From the NCBI GenBank assembly GCA_965112155.1, contig OZ218098.1: a stretch of DNA of 64,000 nt. One strand, 5' to 3'. A program made the translations under genes and the position numbers. Positions 1 through 12,272 of the stretch are shown piece after piece (positions within the stretch are counted from its first letter, which is position 1; every line of letters starts with the position of its first letter). The notes under the pieces were generated by a model. The model searched no databases, was not told the origin of the DNA, and saw only the letters and a program-made list of their open reading frames with translations. Origin of the DNA: Podarcis liolepis. Its lineage: Eukaryota.

Positions 1-2578
1 GTGGAGAAAACACTGTAAAGGAGCAGAGGGAGACTGCGAAATTGGGTCCTCCCCCCCCCCCCCTTATAGAGAGTTTGTGTCTGGAGCGATTGGCCCATCT
101 TACGCAACCTGCTTCCGAATTATTTCTAACCTGTTTTATCCCCTCTGTCTTGTCCCTCCCGCGTGCTCCAATAAGCCTCTCTCCCTTTCTCTCTCTCTGC
201 CTTCACCCATCCTCCTTGCGCAAGGGGACTCCTGCTGCCTTGACATCTGTGCTGGCGGTGGGTGTGGACGTGGGGCTGCTTAGCTTCCCCGGCAGCCATT
301 GCAAAAAGAGGCATCTCTGGGCGTGGGATAATCGCCACTGTGCATTTCCAGATCCATTAGGAAAACTCTCTGTGTGGCTTCAGGCTTGGAAGATGACAGA
401 GAGGAAAGGATCCCGGTGTCACGGCTTGGGGTTCAACGGTTCCTGTGGCCTTCTGAGCTCCCCCCACCAATGGGCAGCATTTGGGGGCCCAGGGCACATG
501 TGCTACCTAAGCAAGCTGAAATACGAGAGGATCCCAGCTTGCTCTCAGCTCTGCCTTTCTCTCCCATCTGTGTCCTGTCGGTGCTCTTTGCCTCTCTAGT
601 TCCCTATGGAGCTCGCTTAATTCTTTCCTCTGCCTGCATTACACCATTGCGCTCTCTCTCTCTTCTTCACCATCACCTCTCCTCCTCCTCCTCTTCTTCC
701 TTCCTTCCTTTTTCCTCTCTCTTTTTTCTCTCACAGCCGCCAGTGTCATTTTTGTGATTTGCAGCTAGTAATCCTGGCCCAGTTGCATAGTCACAAAAGT
801 GATCATTGGCCGCCGTGCTGGCTGCATGGAACGAGACAGGGCCTCAGCTGCTGTCGTGCTCCACCTTCTGCCCTCCCTCCCTGCTCTGCCCTCGTCCACC
901 AGAGCAAAAGAGGCCCAAAACTAGATCCAGTCTCTTACGTGCAGATTGCCATTGGAGAACAAGGAAGCTGTGTGTGGCGGTTGTGAGTGGATGGAGGGTC
1001 TGTGCCATAAGGCAAGAGAGGGGATTTGATCCACGAGGGCGAGGAGCCCATGACTCTCTGCCACCATGAGCCCATGGAAATGGAAATGGCACTTTGATAC
1101 GGAGCAGGTCCCTTGCTCATAGCCTGCCAGTTAAACCTGCAGTTTGCAGGCAGTGGATGCAACACCTCTGGCTCTCATCATTCCTGGCCATTGGCTTTGC
1201 TGGGTGGGGCTGATGAGAGTTGGAGCCCAACAACATCTGGAGGGTCACAGGTTCCCTTTTCCTGCTATAAGATCGTATTTTTCACAGCTGAATGCTGCAG
1301 GCAGAAGTTTTGCAAATCAGCCTGCAGTCATCTTCAATAATATGCTTTCTTCCCCACCTCTGAGATATTTTGGCATACTGCACCTGCTTTTTGGAACCTT
1401 ATATATATCAAAGTGCTCCAAAATGTCAGGCTGCCTGACTGATGCTCTGCAGAGTAATGTGTCCTTTTTGATCCAACCCGAGCCCCTTCAACATGTGCAG
1501 CAATCAAATAACCAGAATATCATCTTATTTATATGTTAGATTCATTTGAGATAATTCCTTCTCATTGTTCAGACAATTTGACTAGCTGATCTGTGACACC
1601 CCATGGCATGGATACAAGAAATAAAGAAATTTCCCCCTTGCCAGCAAAAACTCTAGTTCTGTAACTAGCAAGAAAACAAGGCTCTTCACCTCCAGAAGAG
1701 CAATCAAGGTGAAGTGATGAGAGCAGCATCACTCGCTTTGTGGAATCAGATGTATAGCTGCGAAAAGGACCCCAAATTACAAAACAGAGGACTCTCATGT
1801 TGCTACAGTGGAACACTGGCCATGTGAAGGATACCCATTTCATATTGGATATGTAAATGTGAAATAAATGTTTTTGTTAGGAAAAATATATGGACTGGTG
1901 CAAGCAATCTCAATCACTTGTTCACTGCATTTTACCATGTGCACCATAGTAATCGGATTGCTTTAATGCACTCATGAAGGTAATACTTGGGTTATTTAAT
2001 GGTGTGTTGCAGGGGGTGGATTAAACAGAATGACATTTTGCTCTCCAGTGGATCAATTAATATGTGATTTTAAAAATAGCATTTTTGGTGGGTGAAGAGG
2101 ATTGAAAATCCAATGTGATGAACCGAATTTGAAAAATCCATTTGGGGGATTACTGGGAGACACTTGGAACGGGCTTTGAAAAGGGGCACTTGTCCTGCAA
2201 AGTAGCATTTTAGGCTCCATGCCTCTTGGAGGCTTCTGCACTTTCACCTTTTTTTTGACGATTTGGAAAATGTCCCATGGGCCACGTAGGAGGATCTCTG
2301 CCAGTTGACTTTGCAAAGTTCCATCTGTGCACAGTGTCCTGCCTGTATACTGCTGATAGTTGTGAGTAAAGTGTTTTGTTCCCACTTGGTGCTGAGCTCC
2401 TGCTGTCAAGAGCTCGTTGAGAACCATCCTTGCACCCATGCCTAGTTCTCCTTGGCTTGGTAAGTGAGGTGGGGAGGGTATTGCCTTAATCTGTGCAGCT
2501 GCCCTGCGACTTCTAAGCGATCAGTTGAAACCCAAAGCAGGGCTGCTCTCTGATCCCAACCTTTCCTTGTTCTGGCAG

Positions 2579-4544
2579 GAAGGTGAACAAGTGCTACCGC
2601 GGCCGCTCATGCCCAATCGTCATCCACTGCAGGTAATGCCCTGGGAAGGCTGAGTCTAATTGGTTGTGGTGTTGCCATGGAAACACCACCCCGCTGAGGT
2701 ACAGAGACCGGTTCTTTTCAGAAGCACATCGGAAAGTGCGATGGATTTTGCTGGGGTGGGTGGGGGATTTGCCCATCAGAAGCAGCCCATGTCATAGAAC
2801 TAAATTGTACTGTCAGGTCAATAGGTCCCCTTCTGAGGGAAACAGCAGAGTTGGATCTCCTCTTTTGTTGTGTTGTTCTCAGCAGCAGTGCCAAACCTCT
2901 TGTCTTTTTGCAGTGATGGCGCAGGAAGGACCGGGACGTATATCCTTATCGACATGGTTCTGAACCGAATGGCCAAAGGTGAGAAGGGATGGGAGGGAAG
3001 GCAGCTCTATTCCATGCACACAACCTGGTCTTGGCCAAGCCTCCAGGTGCACAAACTACTGCACAAAGACAGGCCCCTGCTGTTTGAAGGCCTCCAGCCC
3101 ACCATCTCCTCCTGTCTCTTCTGCATTTACCCCCGATTACCTTCATATTCCACAGCCACCATTTCGTTCATGGGTGTATGGAGTTTCCCTCTTCACTGCT
3201 TCTTACCCCTTCACTCGATTCTGACTTTACCTCTCCTCCTGCCTGCTAGGTGTGAAGGAGATTGACATCGCAGCCACCCTGGAGCACGTGCGAGATCAGC
3301 GACCTGGCATGGTGCAGACAAAGGTATGTTGGGATGCTTGCTTTCAGGTAGCCAATGTAAGGCTCTGCAGCCCCAGCCAGCATCATCAATGGTCAGGGAT
3401 GATGGGAATCATAGGCCAACATCTGGCAGGCATCACCTGTGCTATCCCTGCTCTGTGCCCACTACTTGTGGGCAAAACCTGAAACGCCTGCTGGTGGCAT
3501 AATTGGTTCCTGGAGGGCATGGAATAAGAATGCATTGGGACCTTCTGGCAGTGACAGGGTGGAAGGGAAGTGTAGGCTCCACCTGCACTATGCATTTAAA
3601 GTGGTATCACATTACTTCAAGCAGCCACGAACCCCCAAAGAATCCTGGGAGCTGTAGTTTGTTAAGGGTGCCGAGAATTGTTGGGAGACCACTATTCCCC
3701 TCACAGACCTGTAATTCTCAGAGGCCCCTTTGAAGAGGGATCGAATGTTCAACCACTTTGAGAATTATAGCTCTTTGAGGGGAATAGGGGGTCTTTCTTC
3801 TTTATAGCTCTCAGTACTCTTAACAAGCTACAGATCCCGGGATTCTTTGGGGGAAGTTGTGGTGGTTTAAAGTGGTCTGATGTGGCTTTGTATGTGTAGT
3901 GCAGATGAGGCCTAAGTCAAGCAACCATTGTACAGTGGTGCCCCGCAAGACGAATGCCTCGCAAGACGGAAAACTCGCTAGACGAAAGAGTTTTCCATTT
4001 TGGAGGTGCTTCGCAAAACGAATTTCCTATGGGCTTGCTTCGCAAGACTACAATGTCTTGCGAGTTCCTGCTGGATTTTTTTCTCCCCCCCCCCTCTTTT
4101 TCTAAGCCGCTAAGCCGCTTATCAGCTGATCCGATCAGCAGCTAAGCCGCTAAAAGCCGCTAATAGCGCTAATCCGCTAATCCTTCAATGGGCTTGCTTC
4201 ACAAGACGAAAAAACCGCTAGACGAAGAGAATCACAGAACGGATTCTTTTCGTCTTGCGAGGCACCACTGTACTCTTTGTCCCTGCCTATTGGGGGAGGG
4301 GGGGTCAGACATGGTGCTTGGTAGCATACTAAAGGTCAGGGGTTTTCTACCCAGGAGATAAGAGTGCCTAGGTTTGGAATGAGGAGGATGGAAGTAAAAA
4401 AAAAAAAAAAAAGGAAGAAACTAAGGACTTTTGGGTTGTCAAACCCTATCCAGAGCAGGCCGACGCTGTGCTCCTTCCTGGCCAAGCTTACAAAAGTGGG
4501 CAGAGTGAGGATGCTCAAGTCTACCTTTGTACAGTAGGATAGCT

Positions 4545-4594
<50 letters not shown>

Positions 4595-5106
4595 CTACCT
4601 CTTTATTCTCCATCTGGGCAAGCAAGAAGCATTGTCAAAACAAGAACAGGCAAAAGCCCCTTCTGTGAAGCAGGGCCAGGTACATCCCCACCCCATTCCC
4701 TGTCCCTAAAGCTCTTTACACCTGCAGTGGTAGGAAAGTGAGGTCCCTCTGATGTTGCCAATCTGCAACTTCCCAAATCCCTGCCCATTGACCATGCTGG
4801 CTAGGACGGATGGGAGTGCAGCACCAGCCACAGTGCCACACATTCCCCACCCCCTTCCGTTGAGAAGATGTTGCTGGACTCCAACTCCCAGCATCCAGGA
4901 CTGGCAGCGGCTGATGGGAGTTGGAGTCCACAGGTTCCCCATCTTTGCTGCCTTTTTTCTAATATTGAGGTGAGGGGGATTAAGAACATGATGTGGGGGA
5001 TGCAGACAACCAGACTGATTTTATGTATCCCCAGGACCAGTTTGAGTTTGCACTGACAGCCGTGGCGGAGGAGGTGAATGCCATCCTGAAGGCCCTGCCA
5101 CAGTGA
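2579..5106 (+). CDS. PTPRN: Receptor-type tyrosine-protein phosphatase-like N (IA-2), last four coding exons (5' part outside window)
   Basis: Exons 2579-2632 ([18 protein letters not shown]), 2914-2978 ([21 protein letters not shown]), 3250-3323 ([25 protein letters not shown]) and 5035-5106 ([23 protein letters not shown]). All are AG/GT bounded and in phase. The IA-2-family PTP signature [10 protein letters not shown] is present. The tail-to-tail position with a UIM-bearing DNAJB2 and the short introns favour PTPRN over PTPRN2. Confidence 0.93.
3933..4270. mobile_element. Tc1/mariner (pogo/Tigger-like) MITE
   Basis: TIRs CAGTGGTGCCCCGCAAGACGAA / TTCGTCTTGCGAGGCACCACTG, TA TSD on both sides, internal reiterated CGCAAGACGAA and TAAGCCGC motifs. 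Confidence 0.85.
4547..4590. repeat. (CA)n microsatellite
   Basis: Direct reading. Confidence 0.95.
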
Positions 5107-5950
5107 TGCCCCACTCGGCGTACCCCAGCTTTGTGACTCCCCCCAACTCGATCCCTTTTGCCTCTGCTGTGCCGTGTCCTTGCCTGGGATGTTCTTCCTT
5201 CATAAAGTCTATTTCCATGTTATCAACCATGACTGAATTTCAGCTACGGGTGGTGGCCCCTCACCTGCCTGCCCCACCCCTCAGCCCCTAACCCTCCTCA
5301 TACTGTGGGGTGCTACCCTGCCCATGTTCTCCTGGAACAGGGGTTGCCAGTGTTGTGCCCTCCACATGCTGCTGGGCAACTACAACTCCCAGGAGCCCGA
5401 GCTAGCATTGCAACTAGCCAGTTTGTCGTCTAGCAACTTCTGGAGGTTGACTGCCCTTGCTCTGGACGCAGCCCTTAGTTAGTGGGAAGTGGGTACTTTG
5501 ACACACTTTGGAGGTTTGTCTGTGCCCTAATAATCATAGCTGGATGTGCCACAGAGCAATACAAGGGGCTCTGCGCTCAGACACCGAGTTAGACATATTT
5601 CAAGGCAAGTTTTCCAAGGAGCCTCCTTTGTGTGTCCAGCCTCTGTAGATGTGCCTGCTTCTACAAAGGTGAGAGGTGTAGACTTTGTGGGTGCATGTGG
5701 GCTCCTCGTCTATACAGAATGCTGCTTTGTCCCTGTGCCATAATCGGGGGTAATATCCACGACAAGGCACTGCTAGGGAAGTCTATCTAATTAAACCATG
5801 TGGTCCTCATGCACCTTCCATCTCTTCCTCCTCCAATCATCTCCTCACCCTCGATTTGGAGCAGCCCCCAAAGGGTCCCTAGGTCTATGACAGGTGAGAG
5901 TGGGGAAAGCGTAACAAGGCTTCTACCCCAATCACTCCTTTCCCCTATGT

Positions 5951-6086
5951 CAGGCATGGCTAAACTGGGCCCTCCAGCTGTTTTGGGACTACAACTCCCA
6001 TCATCCCTAGCTAACAGGACCAGTGGTCAGGGATGATGGGAATTGTAGCCCCAAAACAACTGGAGGGCCAAGTTTGGCCATGCCTG
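5951..6086. mobile_element. Hairpin hAT MITE in PTPRN 3'UTR
   Basis: Near-perfect inverted repeat CAGGCATGGC...GCCATGCCTG with 8-bp TSD CCCTATGT (5943-5950, 6087-6094). Related copies at ~1130, 3340, 4860, 5340, 7140, 8730, 8920, 11035, 15900, 43820, 52600, 57740, 58680 and 60295. Confidence 0.85.
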
Positions 6087-6280
6087 CCCTATGTATATTC
6101 CCTGTTACTTACAGCCTAGCAGCCTTTCCCTCCTTTTCCCAAAAAGGGGGCAGGGTGTCACTCTGGGAGAGATGGACCTATGCCTGCTCCTCTCCACTAT
6201 GTTGCCCCATTCACTTTCTCTCTGTGATGTTATGTACACCAAGAGACATTTCTAGAGAATCTAATTTTGTATTTGATGTG

Positions 6281-6286
6281 AATAAA
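6281..6286 (+). terminator. Probable PTPRN poly(A) signal
   Basis: AATAAA about 1.2 kb after the stop, followed by GT/T-rich sequence. Confidence 0.6.
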
Positions 6287-6678
6287 GTTTTTGTGTCGCG
6301 TTTGTGCAGCTGCAGCCCAGCCTACTCATGTTGTGTGTCATCCAGAAGGGGTGGGGGTGGGGCAGCACTACTTGCATTGTGGGCTGCAAAAGCGTCCCAA
6401 CGCATGCCAGGCACACAACCCATTCACTGCCCTGAGCCGCTTCCTTGAAAGGGTAGGAATACAAAGGGGACTGCTTGCCTTCAGCTGCATTTGTATTGTA
6501 TGAACAAGGTTCTAGGTTCAATCCTCAGCATCTGGGGGTTAGCTTGAGTCACGGCAGACAACAACCCCACTCCTAGGGGGCCCATTTATTTCCTTTCCTA
6601 GCTGGCACGTGTCAGCATTTGTAACTTAGTTGAAGTACTTGATACCAGCGATGAAATTCTGACGCAGCATTCATTGCA

Positions 6679-6690
6679 AATAAATTTATT
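6679..6690. terminator. Palindromic bidirectional poly(A) signal (AATAAATTTATT); probable DNAJB2 3' end
   Basis: AATAAA on + (6679-6684) abuts AATAAA on - (6685-6690), between two convergent genes. Confidence 0.55.
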
Positions 6691-7931
6691 GACAATGTTT
6701 TCCACTCAATATACCAGGCCAGTGCTTTGAATTACAAAACAGATCAATCTCACTCCCAAGTCAAGAGATACACTGAGCAAGTTAACTCCAGCCCTGTTAC
6801 CTTCTGGGAGAGGATTTCCTCCAAGGGATTGATTGGAGAGAAAAGAAAAGGGAGAGAGAGAATGGGGGGGGGGGGAGAGAGAGAGAGAGAGAGACAGCCC
6901 CAGCCCTCTCCTTCCTGGCATGAGAGGCCTATACTACACGCCCACTCTCTCTGCAAGGCCTGGTCTGGAAAAGTGACATCCCTGCCGCTCTGAGGGAAAA
7001 TTTGGTTTATAGCCCTTTGGCCCTAGAGCAGCCTCCCCCACCCTTGGGTCTGCAGGTGGCTGCTGGGAGTCCAACCCCCATTGCTCCCCATATGTTGATG
7101 GACTACCAGGCTGAGAAATGCTGCTGTGGAGGTGAGGGGGGATCTTTGGCTCTCTAGGTGCTGCTGAACTACAGTAGTTCCCATCAGGGCCATTGGCCAG
7201 GGCTGAGGAGAACTGTGGTCCAGCAATATCTGGAGGGCCAAAAGTTGCCCACAGCTGCTGTCGAGCACAAAGTCTTCTATGCTAAAACTGGAAGCCCTTC
7301 TCCCACGGTTTCTGTCCCAACACTTCCACACCTACCCACACCCAGTCAGTCAGTCAACACTATAAACAGGAAGAGTGTTGTTCTGCTGCAGCCCAGAGAG
7401 TTCCTGCAGGAGCTAAAGAGGACCAGAAGGCCAAGCTGCATCGGAAAGGCTTATCACTTCCTGTGCCCACCACAGTTCACACAGCACCGCCGTCTCCTTC
7501 ATAACTTATTCATAAAATGGTCCAGCGAAAAAAGTCCATCGTGCTCCTTTAGCCACAGTCCTCTCTTGCAAGGGAACAGGGCACCGGTGAAAAGGGAGCT
7601 ACAGGCAGCGGGGAGCTTGGGGATACCTCCGCCCAACCCCACCAAGAGGTGCTGTTAACTCAGGAGCAGCAGCAGCATAGCTACAAGTACATTGTTGTTG
7701 TTTTAAAAAAAGATGGGCTGCGCCGAGCCCGACCCTTTTCAGCTACTGAGTGCTACAGGACACGCAGCAGAGAGAGAACTAGCGGGGAGGAAGTCACACA
7801 CTCGGCACCTGCCCATCAATCGTTCCCCCAGGCAGGGCTCAGGGAGGGAACAGAAAGCGAAGTCCAGGCTTGAGTAGCCTTCTGGGAGCACAGAGTGCTA
7901 GAGAGGCAATTCTCCCATGGCTCTTCCAGAC

Positions 7932-7942
7932 TCAGAACACAC
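7932..7942 (-). CDS. DNAJB2: DNAJB2 isoform a (HSJ1a) terminal coding exon (GVF*), ~283 aa isoform
   Basis: Internal donor GCAG|GTGCGA at 12479/12478 in exon 9 joins acceptor ctccccag|GT GTG TTC TGA. This mirrors the short '-VF' C-terminus of mammalian HSJ1a. Confidence 0.8.
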
Positions 7943-9265
7943 CTGGGGAGACAAGCAAGGAGACAGGACAGGAGGGAGGGGGGAGGAGGAGGAGGGGGGA
8001 GAAAAACAGACACCGAGTGAATCAGACAGCAGTGAAAAGTGTTGTGACAGCAAGCAGAGCCTGGGCTGTGCACTACATCATCCCCCCCCCCCCGCCCCCG
8101 GAGGTCAGGCTTCACCAAGCAGGAGTAAGACTTGCAGTACTGAGAGGGAGTGGGGTGGAGGGGCTGGTGAGGGGCTCTAGCATCAAGGCACAGCTGCTGT
8201 GGGCTCAGGATTAATGATAAGGTCAAGAAAGAGCCACTGGCCTTTAACAAATCAGGGGAGGAAAGGGTGCATCCAAGCATGCAAAATAAGGAACTGTAGC
8301 CGGTTGCTCTGCAGAACCATCCCCTTCCCACCCATCCATGGTCCCCTGCCAGTTAAAGGGTTAAACATGACATGAAAATATTCACCCTGCAAAGGCTTGG
8401 TTGCAAATTGCTCATAAGGAAGGGAAAAGGGAACCAGAGGTATGAAGACCTGGGGAGGGGGGAAACGAGGGGATACATTTTTTCCAATGTACAAAATTGG
8501 GGGAACTTGGGGGTGTGGCAGGTGCACATGTACCTTCTATGAAATATTTGGAATGAGTGAAATTCTTTTTTAAGACCTGATTTTAGTTGCTGAAAATGTG
8601 TGGTTGGAAGTTTTTTTAAACGTAAAAGGACCTAGAGCTTTAGAGAATGACCATTCCTGTGGATACTGCAGTCATATGCAACACTCAGTTCCAGGAAACT
8701 TTTCTGGAGCAAGAGGCTGAAGATGGGTGACTAAGTTGTGACCCTCCAAAACTTGCTGGACTCCAACTTTCATCAGCCTCACACCCAGGATGGTCAGGGC
8801 TGATGTGGCGTTGTGATTCAGCAGCATCTGGAGGGCCACAGGTGAGCCACTCCTGAGTGAGAGGCTGCTGCTTTCATCTATGAGAGAATCTAAGTAGGCA
8901 CAGGGAGAACATGGGTTAGACACAGTGTTGTTCAACCTTGGGCCCCTGGATGTTGTTGAACTACAACTCCCATCATCCCCAGCCAGCTTAGCCAATGATC
9001 AGGCATGTTGGGAGTTGTAGTCCAACATCACCTTGGGCTCCAAAGCTGAAGAGCACTAGGTTCAAGCTGTGCTTATGGAGAAGTGGAGCCCCAGGTTGTA
9101 CACAAAGGAGAGGCAAACTCACCTGTTTTTGTTATTTATAGGCAATCCTTCCTACAAAAGGAGCTCAGAGCAGATTAAATGTGTTCTCTTGGTGGCCTCA
9201 CATATGGGCAATGTTCAACACCCAATTCTATATTAACCAGTGGAGCTCTTAGAAGCCTTCACACA

Positions 9266-9404
9266 GAATAATAGAAATGTAGAGTTGGAAGAGACCACAA
9301 GGGTCAACCAGTCCAAGCTCCTGCAATGCAGGACTCTTTTACCCAACGTGGGGCTCAAACCACGACCCTGAGATTAAGAGTCTCCTGCTCTACCAACTGA
9401 GCTA
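9266..9404 (-). mobile_element. tRNA-Lys(CTT)-derived SINE with CR1-like 3' tail
   Basis: Minus strand reads TAGCTCAGTTGGTAGAGCAGGAGACTCTTAATCTCAGGGTCGTGG, then a CR1-type tail also seen at 18408-18480. Confidence 0.7.
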
Positions 9405-12272
9405 TGCGGTGCTTCTATAATGATGTGATGAATTAGGGAGAGCACTGCAGCTGAGGCTTATGAATTGAAACGGTTTCTAGGCCCCACTTTGCCACAGCCA
9501 CACGCTGAAGCCATGTCCTCACCTTGCCAATTGAATTATGTGAATCCGCCCAAGAAACTGTTGGGTGCCCCTAGCTGATACAGCTGTGAGGGGATCTATC
9601 ACCCTCCCTCAAAAAGGGTACCCAGTGCAGGGATACACCAGGGCAAGGACTAATGAGGAATCTTGTAGTGTGGCATGTGCACACAAAGGCAAGAGAGATT
9701 TGGGGCAGATCAATTCCCACAATCAAAATCACTAGGGCTGTGCATATTCTGTACTGCCAAACTAGGAGTGGACAACCCTTTGGGCCCCATCAGCCAGGTC
9801 TTTATCTCCTCACACCCCACAAGCCAACTTTGACCACCAGTCAATCATGTGATGATTCCACTCACCTGTCAAAGTTGACCCATGGGGGTGGTCTGCTTTG
9901 CCAACATGTTTGCCTCAGGAAAGACACTGGCAAAGCAGCACCCAGCAGGACTGAAGAATTCTGAACAAGATTTAGCCTCTCTCTCATCAGCTGATTGGGG
10001 GAGGGGGTTGCATCCTGCTGCTTTGGCTGCACAACAACACATTGTGGGGAACTGACATGTGCAGCCAACACAAAACAAAACATCATCCCCGGCTCATCAG
10101 CTGATGTCAGCAGATTGATAGGAGCATGGTTTGGGGGGAAGCGGCCTAATGGGCCTGAGGTTCATGCATTCTGCTCCAAACCCAGACTAATACACTGCAA
10201 CCAGCAAATCTAAGGTCTGTTGATAGACTTAAACTGCACTTTCCTATCAACAAATATTTAAGCATTTTCAAAAATGCATTTGCCCCCCCTGGCTCTACAA
10301 GTCAATTAACACCACCTACCCCCCCCCAAAAAAACCCCCAACCTCTGGATATTTTGGAATCCAGGAACAGGTGATAGAAAAGAAGAGAGGAAGGGAAAAG
10401 CACATGGAGGTGGCTGCATCTCAGCAGCCAGAAACTCACTTTAAAAGATAAGCAGTCTTGTATGGCAAAATGCCAGGCTGTGTAGGAAATATACACAGCT
10501 CTGTTGTTATTTTTTTTTTTAAAAAAAAAAACCACCACCACCAACAGAACCACCCTGCAGATCTTTTGCCATTTCAACCAACTGGACAAAATGAACACTT
10601 GAGGGTTACCTGCAGAGAGGCAGCATGGAGGGGCATCAGACAGAGTATGCCTGTCCATCAGGGTCTGTGGCATGGGAAGCACAGGAGGGAGGGATGGGCA
10701 GGTGAGGAGACAAGCAGTGGTGGCAGCGGCAGCAGCAGCAACAACAGCAGAGAGAGAGAGAAAGGGCACCAACAAGTTACATTCCTACATCGAGCATCCA
10801 CCGAAGCCTTATCCAGGGCCTGCCACCGGGGGTTACATTAGACACAAAAGGGATCAGGGAGAGAAAGAGGAGGGTGCAAAGGCCCTGGGAAGCAGGGGAG
10901 GGGGAAAGGAGAAGGTCACAGCTGCAGGGAGTGGTGCAAGACGCCAGCAAGCAGGGTTGAGAACCGCTGGTTTAGGGGCAGGCAAAAGCTGCAGGGGAAG
11001 ATGGCATGCACTTGCAAACTACAGGGCAGGCAAGGGGAACCTCTGCAGCCATCCAGATGTTGCTCCCATCAGCTTCAGCCAAAAGTCAGGGATACTGGGA
11101 GTTGCATTCCAGCACCATCTGGAGGAGCCACAGGTTCTCCACAGAGGTATAAACCTACATGTGTTATGCCTCACACATTCCTCAGTCCCCAGGAAGTTCC
11201 AAAAGCAGGAAGTGCCTTTCAACTACATTGTCATGACAGACACAACTAACGTAGCCTGGTCCGTGCTCAGACCTCCCTGCCCCCTTGTGGTACCTCCCCT
11301 CTCTTCCTCTGCACAGGAAATTGGGTGCTCAAGCGTTAGGGCCTAAGGCAGTTCCTACGTGAGTCTCCATGCCTAGGCTGCCCCCCCCCCAAAGGCTGAA
11401 GACGGGCAGCGCTGCCAAGTAAGCGGAAGAGAGCAGATTCTTCTCTCAGAGCTGTGCCTTCTCTGACATCTCAGCCCATCAACAGACCGCTCTGCTGCTA
11501 GCCACTGTAGGATGGCCACCACCTTCAGCGCAGGTTGAGTTCTCACTAGCCCTTCGCATATAGGGGTTGTTTTGTTGCCTCCCCCCAGTAGCAGTGGTTG
11601 GGGGATAAAGGCACAGGATTTGGTACAATTCATGGAGATGGGAGGGGATGTTAGTGCAGAAAAGGCACTCAGATCCAGGGCAAATTTAGAGGACGGCCCT
11701 CAACACAGGCCATCACATTCTGTTAATTGGGACGTAACAATAATAAAAATAAATAAAAATAAATAAAATATTAATAATAATAATATATATATATCAGCTC
11801 CCCCAAATTGCTGATACAATCCCTGGGGCGGAAGCAATGCATTCACTTCCTTTAGTGCCCAGGGCAAGCAGTGGCAGCCAAGAGCACAGCCCCCTCCCAC
11901 CCACCCCCACCCTCATGGATCTATGCATACAGGAGAACGACAGGGACATACAGCCAAGCCATGCACTAGAGCAGCAAGGCAGACAGCGCAGCCTGAACTT
12001 GCTGAAGGCACCAGGGCTTTGCTGTGCAGGAGCTGCCTGGGCCAATGCCTCTCCATGCCAAATTACACACACATAGAGCTAATAGAATTTGCTCCTGCCC
12101 TTTACTCAGTAGCAGCAGTAGCAGTAGCACCTCCTCTTCTGACTGGGTGGGCCTTCGGGCAATTCTGCCAGTGATGCATCACGGCAGCCGGTCCTGATGG
12201 AACAGCCCCCCGCTCCTCCATTGGCCAGGGTCCCAAGCGCACCAACCAATGAAAGCCCAGTCTCAGGCCGGC

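Noticed and set aside
3933-4270. CRISPR-like repeat-spacer pattern
   Set aside because: Eukaryotic context with irregular spacing; the motifs are internal repeats of a TA-flanked MITE
2579-5106. PTPRN2 with DNAJB6 (the paralogous gene pair); GMVQTK resembles PTPRN2
   Set aside because: The neighbour has UIMs and CaaX (DNAJB2 hallmarks), the introns are short, and GRTGT/HVRDQ/DQFEF fit PTPRN
9340-9404. tRNA-Lys(CTT) gene
   Set aside because: The acceptor stem is incomplete, the T-arm has a deletion, and it is fused to a CR1-like tail, so it is a SINE head
10672-11346. 224-aa + strand ORF and similar GC-rich or antisense ORFs (27462-28019, 56735-57304, 23910-24566)
   Set aside because: They overlap MITEs, the CpG island or the antisense of real CDS/LINE sequence, and show no recognisable protein features
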